A stretch of DNA of 64,000 nt from an uncultured Alphaproteobacteria bacterium. GTDB taxonomy: Bacteria > Pseudomonadota > Alphaproteobacteria > Sphingomonadales > Sphingomonadaceae. The notes beneath the pieces were generated by a model. That model saw only the letters and a list, made by a program, of their open reading frames with translations. It was not told the origin of the DNA and searched no databases. Shown one piece after another: positions 20,003 to 30,280 of the stretch (within the stretch, counting starts at the first letter, position 1; every line of letters starts with the position of its first letter). The stretch covers positions 64,325 through 128,324 of the forward strand of contig CAVZPV010000005.1 of assembly GCA_963777295.1 (NCBI GenBank), read 5' to 3'. The position numbers were made by a program, and so were the translations under genes.

Positions 20003-20031
20003 GACGGTTGCTCTAATCCGCTCGGCGGGAC

Positions 20032-22334
20032 TCACCCCACCTCCCGCTCCAGCTCCTCGAACAGCCCCGGCACCGTCGTCAGCCGCTCCTTCTCCTCCGC
20101 CAGGATGGCGCGGAAGATTTCGCGTTTCAGGCCCGCCACCATCCCCGGCGGCAGGTGCATTCCCTCCGGCAGCGCCGAGACGATGATGTCGATCAGCCGG
20201 TCGGCGCCGTGGAGGCGGCCCCAGAGATAGTCGTTCTCGCGATAGGCGCGGCTGAAGAAGGCGCCGAAGCTGTTGAACTGGATGCCCTTCAACGTCGCCT
20301 CGGCGCCGCCCTCGCGGATCGCGGTCGCGTCCTCGGGCGAGATGCGGTCGACCTTGACCGGATCGAATTCGTCGAGCCCCTCGCCCTGCAGCAACGGCAA
20401 GGTGGCGATGTCGTAGAAGGGGAAGCCGAGATAAGCGAGAATCAGCGAGCGTCGCTCGGCCTTGGGGAATTCGGCCAGCACCTCGGTCAGTTTCTCGTCC
20501 GACTCGTCATCGATCCGCTTGAGATCGAGCGCCGCGGCGAGCGCGGCCATCGCCTGCTCCGGCGTCGGCTTCGGTGGCGGCGAAGGCCGGAGAGTCGTTG
20601 CGCGATCTGGGCGGCGCCCTGGTAGCGTGCGAGGAAATCGTAGGCGACCTCGCGGGCGCGGCGCAGCGCCTGACGCGGGGCGTCCTCCGGCTGCTCCATC
20701 TCGGCGAGGCGGCGGGTGAGGAAGCGAAGCCGCCGCACCCGGAAGGGTAGGTCGAAATTGCGCAGGAAGAGGAGCATCTCGTCGGTGGCGCCGGCCGCGG
20801 TCGCCGCGCCGGGATCGGCGAGGCCGCGCGCCCGCACCGCCGTCCACAAGGCCTGGCGGAAGCTCTCGCGGCGCGCGGAACCGCCGCCGCCGGCCAGGCG
20901 CAGCAGATCCTCGGCCATCTCCTCGACCACGGTCGACAGCTTGAGCTGGGCGTAGCCGACATAAGCGAAGCCGGCGCCGCGCGCCGCGAGCGTCTGCGCC
21001 TTCGAGCGCCAGCCGGCGAGGCGACCCGGCGTCGGGCGGAGCAGGAAGATGGTCGCGCCGAACGCCCGATCGATCGCCGCCTCCACTTCCGGCCGCATCG
21101 CCTCGACGATCCGGGTCAGCCGGCGGATGCGCGAGGAGCGGCCTTCGATCGCCTCCAGATTGTCGCGGATCGGCTGCTCGCGCGGAATGTCGGAGAGCGC
21201 GCCGAAAATGGTCGCGAAGAAGCCCGGCGGCTCGCTGCGGCCCGAATCGGTCAGCCGAACCGAGCGTTCGCCGGGCTTGGGGTCGATATAGACGAAGCGG
21301 CGGTCGACCTCGCGCCGCGCCGGCCGGTGGCGAAGCGCCTGGATGGCGGGGCGGAACGGCGCGTTGGCAAGGACGGAGCCGTCGATCAGCACCGCGCCCT
21401 CGACGTCGCCGATGGCGACGTGGCGCGGCAAGGCGCGGGCGAGAAAGGTCTCGCGGCCGGGCCAGGATTGGCCCCTCTTCTCCAGCACTGCGTCCAGCTC
21501 GCGCACCTGGAAGGGTGGAAAGGCGCCCGGGAAGCTGGCGGTCGCGCGGGCGGCGAAGGCAAGATCCGCGACGCCGGCGAGGCCGCATTCCATGCCCGCT
21601 TCCTTGCGGAAGGAAAGGGTGAGACGATGCTCGCGTTCCAGCGCCTCGGGCGGGGAGTGAAGGCGAAGCCGTTCGGGATGGCCGCGAAAATCGGTGACGG
21701 TCACGAACAGGTCGAGCGGCTGGTAGGCGGGCAATAGCGGCGGGCTTGCCGGCCCCGCCGCCATCGCGTCGAGCGCGTTCAGAATCAGCTCGGTGAAGCC
21801 GGGACCGCTGAACGGCGGTGCGAACCAGCGGGCGCGAACGAAATTGGCGAGCTTGTGGCGCACCTCCTCGCGATGTCCCGCCTCGACCGTCTGCTCGACC
21901 GTGTCGCCGCGCCGCGCAATCGCCCAGGCGAAAGGAAGCGCCGCCGCAGCCTTGGCGAAGCGCGAGACGGCACTCACCTCGGGGTCGATCAACTCGTCGA
22001 CGTCCGCCACCTCCAGCCAGAGGTCGGTCAGCGGCTCCAGCGAGCGGCCGGTGGCGACCGCGTCGGCGAGGAAAATGGCGTTGATCCCGCCTGCGCTGGC
22101 GCCGGTCAGGATATCGACGATGACGCGCAGCTCGAGCCCGCATTCGTCGGCCACTGCCTGGAGGAGACGGCGATAGACCGCCTCGCTCGCATTGCCGTTC
22201 ATCGGCTCGCGGGCATGGAAGGCGCGGCTGGCGCGGGCGAGGTGCCAGATCTCCTTGGTGATACCGTGCATGTAGACGGCCAGGCTGATTCCGCCGTAGC
22301 AGATCAGCGCCAGCCGCAATTCTTTCTCACGCAT
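20032..22334 (-). CDS. Patatin-like protein with DUF3376-type C-terminus (frameshifted near 20570)
   Basis: MREKELRLALICYGGISLAVYMHG, GASAG nucleophile elbow, ARATASFPGAF, DGS, FGAFFSRAYRENDYLWGRLHGA. Confidence 0.88.
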
Positions 22335-22501
22335 CGGCCGAGCGATGGCAGGCTCGCCGTCCGGTGTCGAGCGCGCGAGAAGTTCCCGGAGGGTTAATTC
22401 GATTCGGCGCGGCAACGTTTCGAAGTCACCGCGAACTCATGGGAACTCGTTAGGAATCGCCGGTTAGGCCGCCGATCAACGGAGGCTGAGGGGGTTCCCG
22501 C

Positions 22502-22994
22502 ATGATCGACAGGCTGCGCCGGAAGGGCATGACGCGCATCGTCGCGCTCGCGGTCATCGGTCTGATGAGCGCCGCCCCGGCCGAGGCGCTGGATCTGACC
22601 GGCACGCCCAAGCTGCAGAGCCTCGGAGACTGCGGTCGCGCAGGCGTTCGACGACAGCGTCACCGCTCCGCAGGGGCCGCAGCAGAGCTTCGAGGCGATC
22701 GGCCAGGGCGAGGCGAGCTATTACGGCAATGAGCTCGCCGGCAACCGCACCGCCAGCGGCGAACGCTTCGATCCGCACGCCTTCACCTGCGCCCATCGCT
22801 CGCTGCCGCTCGGCACGATGTTGCGAGTCACCAATCTCTCAAACGGCCGCTCGGTGCTGGTCCGAGTCAACGATCGCGGGCCCTTCAGCCGCGGCCGCAT
22901 CCTCGACATGTCGATGGCCGCCGCGCGCGACATCGACATGGTCCGCACCGGCAAGGCGATGGTCCGGCTCGAGGTCGTCCGCAACGTCGCCTGA
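22502..22994 (+). CDS. rlpA: Septal ring lytic transglycosylase RlpA family protein (frameshifted)
   Basis: From about 22690 the sequence reads GEASYYGNELAGNRTASGERFDP..FTCAHRSLPLGT...VRVNDRGPF..GRILDMS; stop at 22992-22994. Confidence 0.85.
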
Positions 22995-23156
22995 TTATTG
23001 CCGGCCTTCCGACCCGGTACAAGGCGTTCAACGTTCGCGACGGAAGACCGTATTTGCCCCCTGATCAGCGCATTGTAATTTGCTAAGGCGGTAGGCGAAC
23101 TGGGCCGGCGCATCGCGTCGGCTCAGTCGTAAATCGAGCCGGCGAGGAGTCGTTCG

Positions 23157-24452
23157 CTGAAAAGGTCCGCCTTCGCCCCGGCCGTCGCCGGGGCCTTTCT
23201 GCTTCTCATCGTCCTGATCTGGGCCGGCAGTCATATCTCCCATTCCCGCGCGGCGGCGCACTTGCAGCCGCCGCTCGGCATTTCGGCGGCCGACATCGCG
23301 ACCATCCAGGAGCGCCAGCATGCGCCGGGCAGCGCCATCGACTATCCACGCTTCGACCGTCGGCTGCAGGCGCTGGTCGAGAAGCCGGACATGGTCGGTC
23401 TCGCCGTCGGGATCGTCGAGAACGGCCAGATCCGGTTCCTCAAGGGCTATGGCGAGACGATCGCGGGCAGCGGCGATCCGGTCACCGTCAACACGCTCTT
23501 CCGGTGGGGCTCGGTGTCGAAGGGCGTGGCCGCCGATCTCGTCACCCTGCTGGCGAGCGAGGGCAAGCTGTCGCTGGACGATCCCGCCGGCAAATATGCG
23601 CCGTCGCTGAAGCTTCCCAACGGCACCGAGAATGTGGCGACCGTCGCCGATATCCTCTCGCACCGGCTCGGCCTGTTTAGCCACGCCAACGATCCTCAGC
23701 TCGAGGACGGGGTCGATCCACATATCCTGCGCACGACTCTGGCCCAGCTTCATCCGATCTGCCCGCCGGGTACTTGCTGGGCCTATCAGAACGTCGCCTA
23801 TGATGCGGCCTCCGAGATCGTCGAGAAGCTGACCGGCGAGCCCTATGAGCAGGTCGTGCGCGAGCGCCTATTTCTGCCGCTCGGCATGCGCACCGCGACG
23901 CTCAACCGCAATTCGCTGGTCACCGCGCCGAGCTGGGCACGGCCGCATGTCGGCGGCAAGCATTCGAAGCCGGTCGAGGTCAGCGACGATTATTATCACG
24001 TGCCCGCGGCGGGCGGCGTCAATTCGTCGATCAAGGACATGGTGATCTGGCTTCAGGCGAATATGGGTCTCGCGCCCTCAATCCTCCCGCAGAAGGTGCT
24101 CGACGTCGTCCAGCAGGCGCGGGTGAAGACGCCGCAGGAGACGGGCCGGATGCGCAAGTTCCGCGAGCGCGTGCGCGAGACCAGCTACGGCCTCGGCTTT
24201 CGCATCTACGATTATGCCGGCCACCGCGTCATCGCCCATCGCGGCGGCCTCAAGGGCTATCGCTCGCTGATCATGTTCGATCCGGCGCTGAAGAGCGGCG
24301 TCGTCGCTCTGTGGAACTCGGCCACGAACCGGCCCGGCGGCATCGAATTCGAAGTGATGGACATGCTCTACCATCTGCCGCCGAAGGACTGGCTCGGCAT
24401 CGAGTCCAACGATGCGCCCGAGCAGCCCGAGCCGGAGGGGTCCGGAGGCTGA
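23157..24452 (+). CDS. Serine hydrolase, beta-lactamase class C/AmpC family
   Basis: SxxK (GSVSK), YxN (YQN), HRGG; in-frame hydrophobic N-terminus from CTG 23157 behind an aggag RBS. Confidence 0.88.
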   Translation: MKRSAFAPAVAGAFLLLIVLIWAGSHISHSRAAAHLQPPLGISAADIATIQERQHAPGSAIDYPRFDRRLQALVEKPDMVGLAVGIVENGQIRFLKGYGETIAGSGDPVTVNTLFRWGSVSKGVAADLVTLLASEGKLSLDDPAGKYAPSLKLPNGTENVATVADILSHRLGLFSHANDPQLEDGVDPHILRTTLAQLHPICPPGTCWAYQNVAYDAASEIVEKLTGEPYEQVVRERLFLPLGMRTATLNRNSLVTAPSWARPHVGGKHSKPVEVSDDYYHVPAAGGVNSSIKDMVIWLQANMGLAPSILPQKVLDVVQQARVKTPQETGRMRKFRERVRETSYGLGFRIYDYAGHRVIAHRGGLKGYRSLIMFDPALKSGVVALWNSATNRPGGIEFEVMDMLYHLPPKDWLGIESNDAPEQPEPEGSGG

Positions 24453-24545
24453 GGATTTCGGCGCTTTCCTCTTCGATCGCTTTGCGTTTTTAGCCATTCC
24501 CCTTTCCCGACCCGCCGTTATTGTGCGGGTCCGGGGAGGGGCTTC

Positions 24546-26620
24546 ATGTTCGCGTCTCAGCCGCCGGCCGTGGTCCAGCCTGCGACGACCAAGGATCAGT
24601 CGGACGATTCCGACGTCATCGAGGTGGTCGGGACGCGCCTCGACCAGGTCCAGAAGATCGACCGGCGCAGCTATCAGGTGAGGGAGACGCCGCACGCGGC
24701 GCAGCAGGACACGCTGCAGCTGCTGCGCGGCCTTCCCGCGGTGACCATCGGCCAGGACGATAAGATCAACCTGCTCGGCTCGGGCAACGTAACGATTATG
24801 GTCGACGGACGGCCGATCCACGCGCTCGACGTCGGCCAATATCTGCGCACGCTCCATGGCAGCGACATCGAGCGGATCGAGATCATCACCAATCCCTCCG
24901 CCCAATATTCAGCTGTCGGCACGGGTGGGATCATCAACATCGTCCTGAAGAAGAAGCAGCATGACGGCGTCAACGGCTCGGCCAGCGCCGAAGCCTCCAG
25001 CTTCGGGCGCGGTCAGGCGAACGGCTCGATCAAGTCGAAGCAGGGCAAATGGACGTTCGAAATTCAGACGGAGGGCGACGACGGCCGCACCTATCGAATC
25101 AGCTATCATATCGCTGCGTAGCGTCGAACCGACCACCGGCAGTGCGCCGACGGTCAATACCGAGGACTGGACGGAATTCGGGACGCGTCGTCTCGACTTC
25201 GATCAACGGCAAGATCAGCTACGATCTTGACCCGAGGACCAGCCTCTCGCTCCACTCGTTTGGCGGCATCTGGCGTAGCCGTAACGTGGAGGATGACGAT
25301 TTCCGCGGTCTGACGCCGGACTTCCAGTCCTTCTCCGAACACCAGAAGTCAGGCGATGACACGTCCTATCTGGGCGCCGAGCTTGCTCTCGACCACAAGG
25401 GAGCGCGGGAAGGCGAGACCCTGAAGGCCAGTCTTCAGATCTATGGCAACCCGCAGAACGATCAGAGCAACATCATGGTCCTTAGCGATGGTGGAGCGTT
25501 GACGACTAAGCAGCGTGACGGCCTGCTCTTTGCGGAGGGTCAGGCCGATTGGGAGCATCCGATTGGCAAGAAGGAGATTCTGTCCCTCGGTGCGCGCTGG
25601 CTCCAAGAGGATGCCGACTATCATTATCTCTTCGCCGGCTCCGGCGACCCGTCGCTCGATTTCAGCGCCGCCGACGCATTCCGCAGCACCGAAAACACTG
25701 CGTCCGCCTATGCGACCTTCCAGCAGACGATCGGGAGCTGGACCGTGATGCCGGGTCTCAGGCTGGAGGAGGATAATCGCCGTATCTCCAGCCCCGGTCA
25801 GCCGGACCTCCACATCGATCGCACCGACTTCTTCCCGACCTTCCATGCCGAACATCGTTTCGGCAAGTCGATCACTCTGACTCTCAGCTACAGCCGACGC
25901 ATCGACCGGCCGGGCGCCTACGAGTTGCACCCCTATCCGACGGTCACCGGCCCGCTGTCGATCTGGGAAGGGAATGCAAGCCTTCGCGACCAGTCCACCG
26001 ACGCATGGGAAGCGAATCTCCACTACCGCCATCGTAAGCTCGATGTCGGCCTTATCCTCTACGATCGCGAGACGAATGGACTGTGGAACCCTGCCTATTC
26101 GGTCAATGCTGACGGCCTCACGGTCGCGACAATGATCAATGCCGGGCACAGCGCGAACCGGGGCGCCGAGCTCGATGTCAGCACGCCGTTGTTCCGCCAC
26201 GTCAAGGTGACGAGCAGCGCCAATTTATTCGACAGCCGCGTTCCGATCGATGCGGTGGCTGGCAGCCGGAGCGACGAAACCGTCCGATACACCACTAATT
26301 CCACGCTGGAATGGGACGGCCCGGATCATGGCGGCAAACCGGGTGACATCGTGCAGCTCCAGATCCAGTATGACAGTCCGTCGCGCTCCTATGAGGCCCG
26401 CTCGGGAAGCTTCTTCATTCCGATCCTAACGGCAACACACAGCTTCACGCGCAAGCTGTCGCTCACGGCGACCGTCGACGGCTTCGGCCCGCTGCACAGC
26501 CGCCAGCAGATCTGGACGCCTTTGCTCCAGCAATATGGAGACATGCGCCAGCTCTTCCCGGAGTTTAAGCTGAAGCTGTTGAAGAATCTTCGGGAATTAA
26601 TCCGGCAAAACGCCGACTAA
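24546..26620 (+). CDS. TonB-dependent receptor / outer-membrane beta-barrel (frameshifted)
   Basis: IEVVG TonB-box-like segment, IERIEIITNPSAQY..GTGGIINIVLKK plug motif, SYSRRIDRP, GN..L. Confidence 0.85.
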
Positions 26621-27312
26621 GCCCGCTCCAGCTCCGCCCAGATCGGATAATGGTCCGATGCCTTGCGGGCCGTCGCGCTCTGGTGGACGCCGCATTGCCC
26701 GATCGCGAGGTCCGGCGTCACCATGATCCGGTCGAGCTGCACGACCGGACGCCGGGTGTGGAAGCTGCGGCCGCAATCGGCGAAATGGAGGTGGAGCGCG
26801 AAATCGCGCAGGCAGCCGCCATTCTTGCTCCATTCGTTGAGGTCGCCCATCAGCACCGTCGGCATCTCCGCCTCGCGGCCCTGGATGCAGGAGAGGATGC
26901 GGTGCGCCTGCCGCCGCCGCCACAGGCCGGACAGATCGAGATGCATGCCGACCACGCGCACATCCTGCCCGCGCACCCTGAGGTCGGCGAGAACGGCGCC
27001 GCGCGGTTCCAGCGAGGGAAGGTGGAGCATCTCCTTGTGGACGATCTCGACGTCCTCCTTCACCAGCAGGGCATTGCCGTGCCAGCCGATGCTGCCGTCG
27101 CGCGCCTCGAACGGCACCGGCTTGTAGCCGCTATGCTCCTCGATCAGGGGAAAGGGGATGGCGCTGGCGCGCGCGCCGAAGCGGCGGTCCGCCTCCTGAA
27201 GGGCGATCACATCCGCGTCTAGCTCGCACAGGACTTCGAGCGTCCGTTCTGGCCGGCGGCGGCGATCCGTGCCGATCGCCTTGCGCATATTGTAGCTGGC
27301 GACGCGGATCAC
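26617..27312 (-). CDS. Endonuclease/exonuclease/phosphatase family protein
   Basis: VASYN, DVIALQE, MGDLNEW, LDRI, ASDH.P. Confidence 0.9.
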   Translation of the reverse strand: MIRVASYNMRKAIGTDRRRRPERTLEVLCELDADVIALQEADRRFGARASAIPFPLIEEHSGYKPVPFEARDGSIGWHGNALLVKEDVEIVHKEMLHLPSLEPRGAVLADLRVRGQDVRVVGMHLDLSGLWRRRQAHRILSCIQGREAEMPTVLMGDLNEWSKNGGCLRDFALHLHFADCGRSFHTRRPVVQLDRIMVTPDLAIGQCGVHQSATARKASDHYPIWAELERA

Positions 27313-27349
27313 CGCGCCAAATCCTCAGCCGCGATGCGCGGGCCGATCG

Positions 27350-27673
27350 TCAGTGGCCCCTTTTTTCGGAGAGCTTGCCGAGATGATGGTCGAGCGCCCG
27401 AACCGCCTTCTTCGCCGCGCCGATGACCGCCCGGTCGACATCGGCGCCCTGCTCGACCACCGCGATCGGCTGGATCCCGTTCACCCGCGCCTCCAGGCTG
27501 CAGCGCAGATCGCCATTCCCGCCCTTCGACCCGTTGACGTCCGAGACATGGACCTCGACATCGGTGATGCGGTCCTCGAAGCGGGCGAGGCGCTGGCGGA
27601 TCTGCTCTTCGAGGCGGTTGTCACGGTCATTGTCGCTGGGAATCTGGTTATCGGCACGAATCTGGATGAACAC
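27350..27673 (-). CDS. HPF/RaiA-like ribosome-associated protein
   Basis: IQIRADN, L.RF.DRIT.VEVH.SDVNG.KGG..D.RC.LEAR..G..PIAV; GTG start after ggag. Confidence 0.8.
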   Translation of the reverse strand: MFIQIRADNQIPSDNDRDNRLEEQIRQRLARFEDRITDVEVHVSDVNGSKGGNGDLRCSLEARVNGIQPIAVVEQGADVDRAVIGAAKKAVRALDHHLGKLSEKRGH

Positions 27674-27701
27674 TCTACTCTCCGTCACTGCCCTTCTTTC
27701 G

Positions 27702-27726
27702 AATGCGAAGCGAGGGCTGCTGTTCC
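27702..27726 (-). promoter_or_regulatory. Putative EcfG (general stress sigma) promoter GGAAC-N16-CATT
   Basis: Reverse-strand ggaac-agcagccctcgcttcg-catt about 30 nt upstream of the HPF-like gene. Confidence 0.45.
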
Positions 27727-27774
27727 GTCAAAATCGCGCTGGCTGGCGCGATGCGGGCCGGGTAGCTTCGTAAA

Positions 27775-29146
27775 ATGGCAAAGCCAAGGTCTCGTTACGT
27801 CTGCCAGGTCTGCGGTTCGGTCTCGAGCCGCTGGCAGGGGCAATGTCCCGATTGCGCCGAGTGGAATACTTTGGTCGAGGATGCCGGCGCGGTGGTGACG
27901 CCCTTCTCGGCGCGGCACAATCTGCGTGGCGGCGGTAAGCCGATCGAGCTGGTCGGCCTCGATCGGGAGGTCCCGCTGCCCGAGCGAATGAGCACCGGCC
28001 TCAAGGAGTTTGACCGGGCCGTGGGCGGCGGGCTCGTCGCAGGGTCGGCGACCCTGATCGGCGGCGATCCCGGCATCGGCAAGTCGACCTTGCTGCTCCA
28101 GGCCGCGGCACGGATCGCCGCGGCCGGGCGCCCCGTCGCCTACATTTCCGGCGAGGAGGCGACCGACCAGGTGCGTCTGCGCGCCCGCCGCCTCGGCCTT
28201 GGCGCGGCGCCGGTGCGGCTCGCCGCCGCCACGTCGGTGCGCGACATATTGACCACGCTCGGCGAAGGCGCGCCGCCGGCTCTGCTCGTCATCGATTCGA
28301 TCCAGACGATGCATTCGGACCTGATCGAAGGCGCGCCGGGGACGGTGAGCCAGGTTCGCGCCTCGGCGCGGCGAGCTGATCCGCTATGCGAAGGAGACCG
28401 GCGCGGCGGTCGTGCTCGTCGGCCATGTCACCAAGGACGGCTCGATCGCGGGTCCGCGCGTGCTCGAACATATGGTCGACACGGTGCTGAGCTTCGAGGG
28501 CGAGCGCAGCCACCAGTACCGCATCCTCCGCGCCGCCAAGAACCGCTTCGGCGGCACCGACGAGATCGGCGTCTTCGCCATGGCCGAGGCAGGGTTGGAG
28601 GAGGTCGGCAATCCGAGCGCGCTCTTTCTCACTCATCGCGACGAGGCGGTATCCGGCTCCGTCGTTTTCCCGGCGCTGGAGGGGACGCGGCCGGTGCTCG
28701 TCGAGATCCAGGCGCTGACCGTCCGCCTGGCCAGCGGCGCGACTCCGCGCCGGGCGGTGGTCGGCTGGGATTCGGGTCGGCTGGCGATGATCCTTGCCGT
28801 GCTGGAGGCGCGTTGCGGCCTCAGCTTCTCCACGTGCGAAGTCTATCTCAACATCGCCGGCGGTTACCGCCTCTCCGATCCCGCCGCAGATCTCGCCGTC
28901 GCCGCGGCTCTTGTCTCGGCCCTGTCGGAGCGGCCCGTCCCCGCCGACGCGGTCGCCTTCGGCGAAGTCGCCCTCTCCGGCGAGCTCCGTCCCGTCGCCC
29001 ATGGCGCCCTCCGCCTCAAGGAATCCGGCAAGCTCGGCTTCACCCGCGCCCTGGTTCCCGCCTCGATGAAGGGCGAGAAAGGCGGCCTTGCTTTGTCCAG
29101 CTTCCGCACTTTGGGTGAGCTGGTGGATCACCTACTGGGGCGGTGA
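27775..29146 (+). CDS. radA: DNA repair protein RadA/Sms (frameshifted near 28370)
   Basis: C..CG....W.GQCP.C..WNT zinc finger, GGDPGIGKSTLLLQ, KNRFG, GPRVLEHMVD. Confidence 0.95.
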
Positions 29147-29225
29147 GCGATTTGGATCGCCTTCGAAACAATCCCTTCATTTCCACGCCTTCTTTTTTGC
29201 GGCTGGATAATCTAGCCTCGGGATA

Positions 29226-29784
29226 ATGACCGCGCTCGACATCATCGTACTGCTGCTCGTCCTCGGCGGGCTCGTCCTCGGCTGGTTCAAGGGCTTTGTC
29301 GGCGAGGTGCTGAGCCTGGCCGCCTGGATCGTCGCCATCGTGTTCTTGCGGCTGCTCTTTGCGCCGGTGACGAGCGCGCTGACCGGCGTCGTCGGCACGC
29401 ATGCGGGCGCGGCGGTGCTGGCGTTCGTGCTCGTCTTCGGGCTGGTCTTCCTGGTCGGTAAATTCGTCGCCAGGCGGGTCGGCCGCGGCGTTCGGCGGTC
29501 GGTGATCGGGCCGTTCGACCGATTGCTCGGCGCCGGCTTCGGCGCGCTCAAGGGGCTCGATCATCGCGACCTTGCTCTATCTCGCCGCCAACCTCGTTTA
29601 CGACACGATCTACGGCCGCGCCGCCTCCCGGCCCGACTGGATGGCCAATTCGCGCACCTATCCCCTGCTTTATGCGAGCGGCCGCGCCGTGCTGCACTTC
29701 GTCGCCTGGCGCCGAGGCGATCCGACGACCGCCGACGATCCAGCGCAGCGCCCGCCCAACGCGCCGATCACGAACGGAGCGTAG
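29226..29784 (+). CDS. cvpA: CvpA family protein (frameshifted)
   Basis: MTALDII, GFV.E.LSL..W, DRLLG.GFG.LKG; follows radA. Confidence 0.85.
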
Positions 29785-29838
29785 ATCCTGCCCGCTACTC
29801 GGTGGCACTCCTTTCGTCCCGCGCCTATAGCCACCCCC

Positions 29839-30280
29839 ATGGCGACCACCCTCTACAGCCGTGACATTCTCCGCCTCGCGGCGTCGATCCCGCACCATCG
29901 GCGGCTCGACCATCCGCTGGCGACGATTGAGAGAACTTCCGCTGTCTGCGGGAGCCGGGTGGTGGTGGACGTCGTGCTGGATGGAGGAGGGCATATCGTC
30001 GCGCTCGGGCAGGAGGTGAAGGCTTGCGCGCTCGGCCAGGCGTCGGCCGCCTTGATGGGTGCGCATGCAGTCGGCCGGACCGGCGCCGATCTGGCCGCGG
30101 CGCGCGACGCGCTCGCCGCCTATCTCGCCGGGAACGCGCAACGATCCGGGCGCTTGGCCGGGGCTGGAGGTCTTTGCCGAGGCGCGCCGCTTCTCCGCCC
30201 GCCACGCCTCGATCCTGCTCGCCTTCGAGGCCGCCGCCGATGCCGCGGCGCGCGCCCAGCCGAAAGTGGCCTGCGGCTGA
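29839..30280 (+). CDS. IscU/NifU N-terminal-like scaffold protein (frameshifted near 30137)
   Basis: LYSRDILRLA, S.VCGS.V.VD, V.ACALGQASA, RHASILL.FEA. Confidence 0.8.

Noticed and set aside
20032-22334. Patatin as a CBASS/defence effector
   Set aside because: It is the long patatin-DUF3376 type with no neighbouring cyclase or other defence genes; its adjacency to the cassette is probably incidental.
23157-24452. Antibiotic-resistance beta-lactamase call
   Set aside because: SxxK/YxN motifs are shared by many esterases and peptidases of this family, and the third motif is HRG rather than KTG; resistance cannot be inferred.
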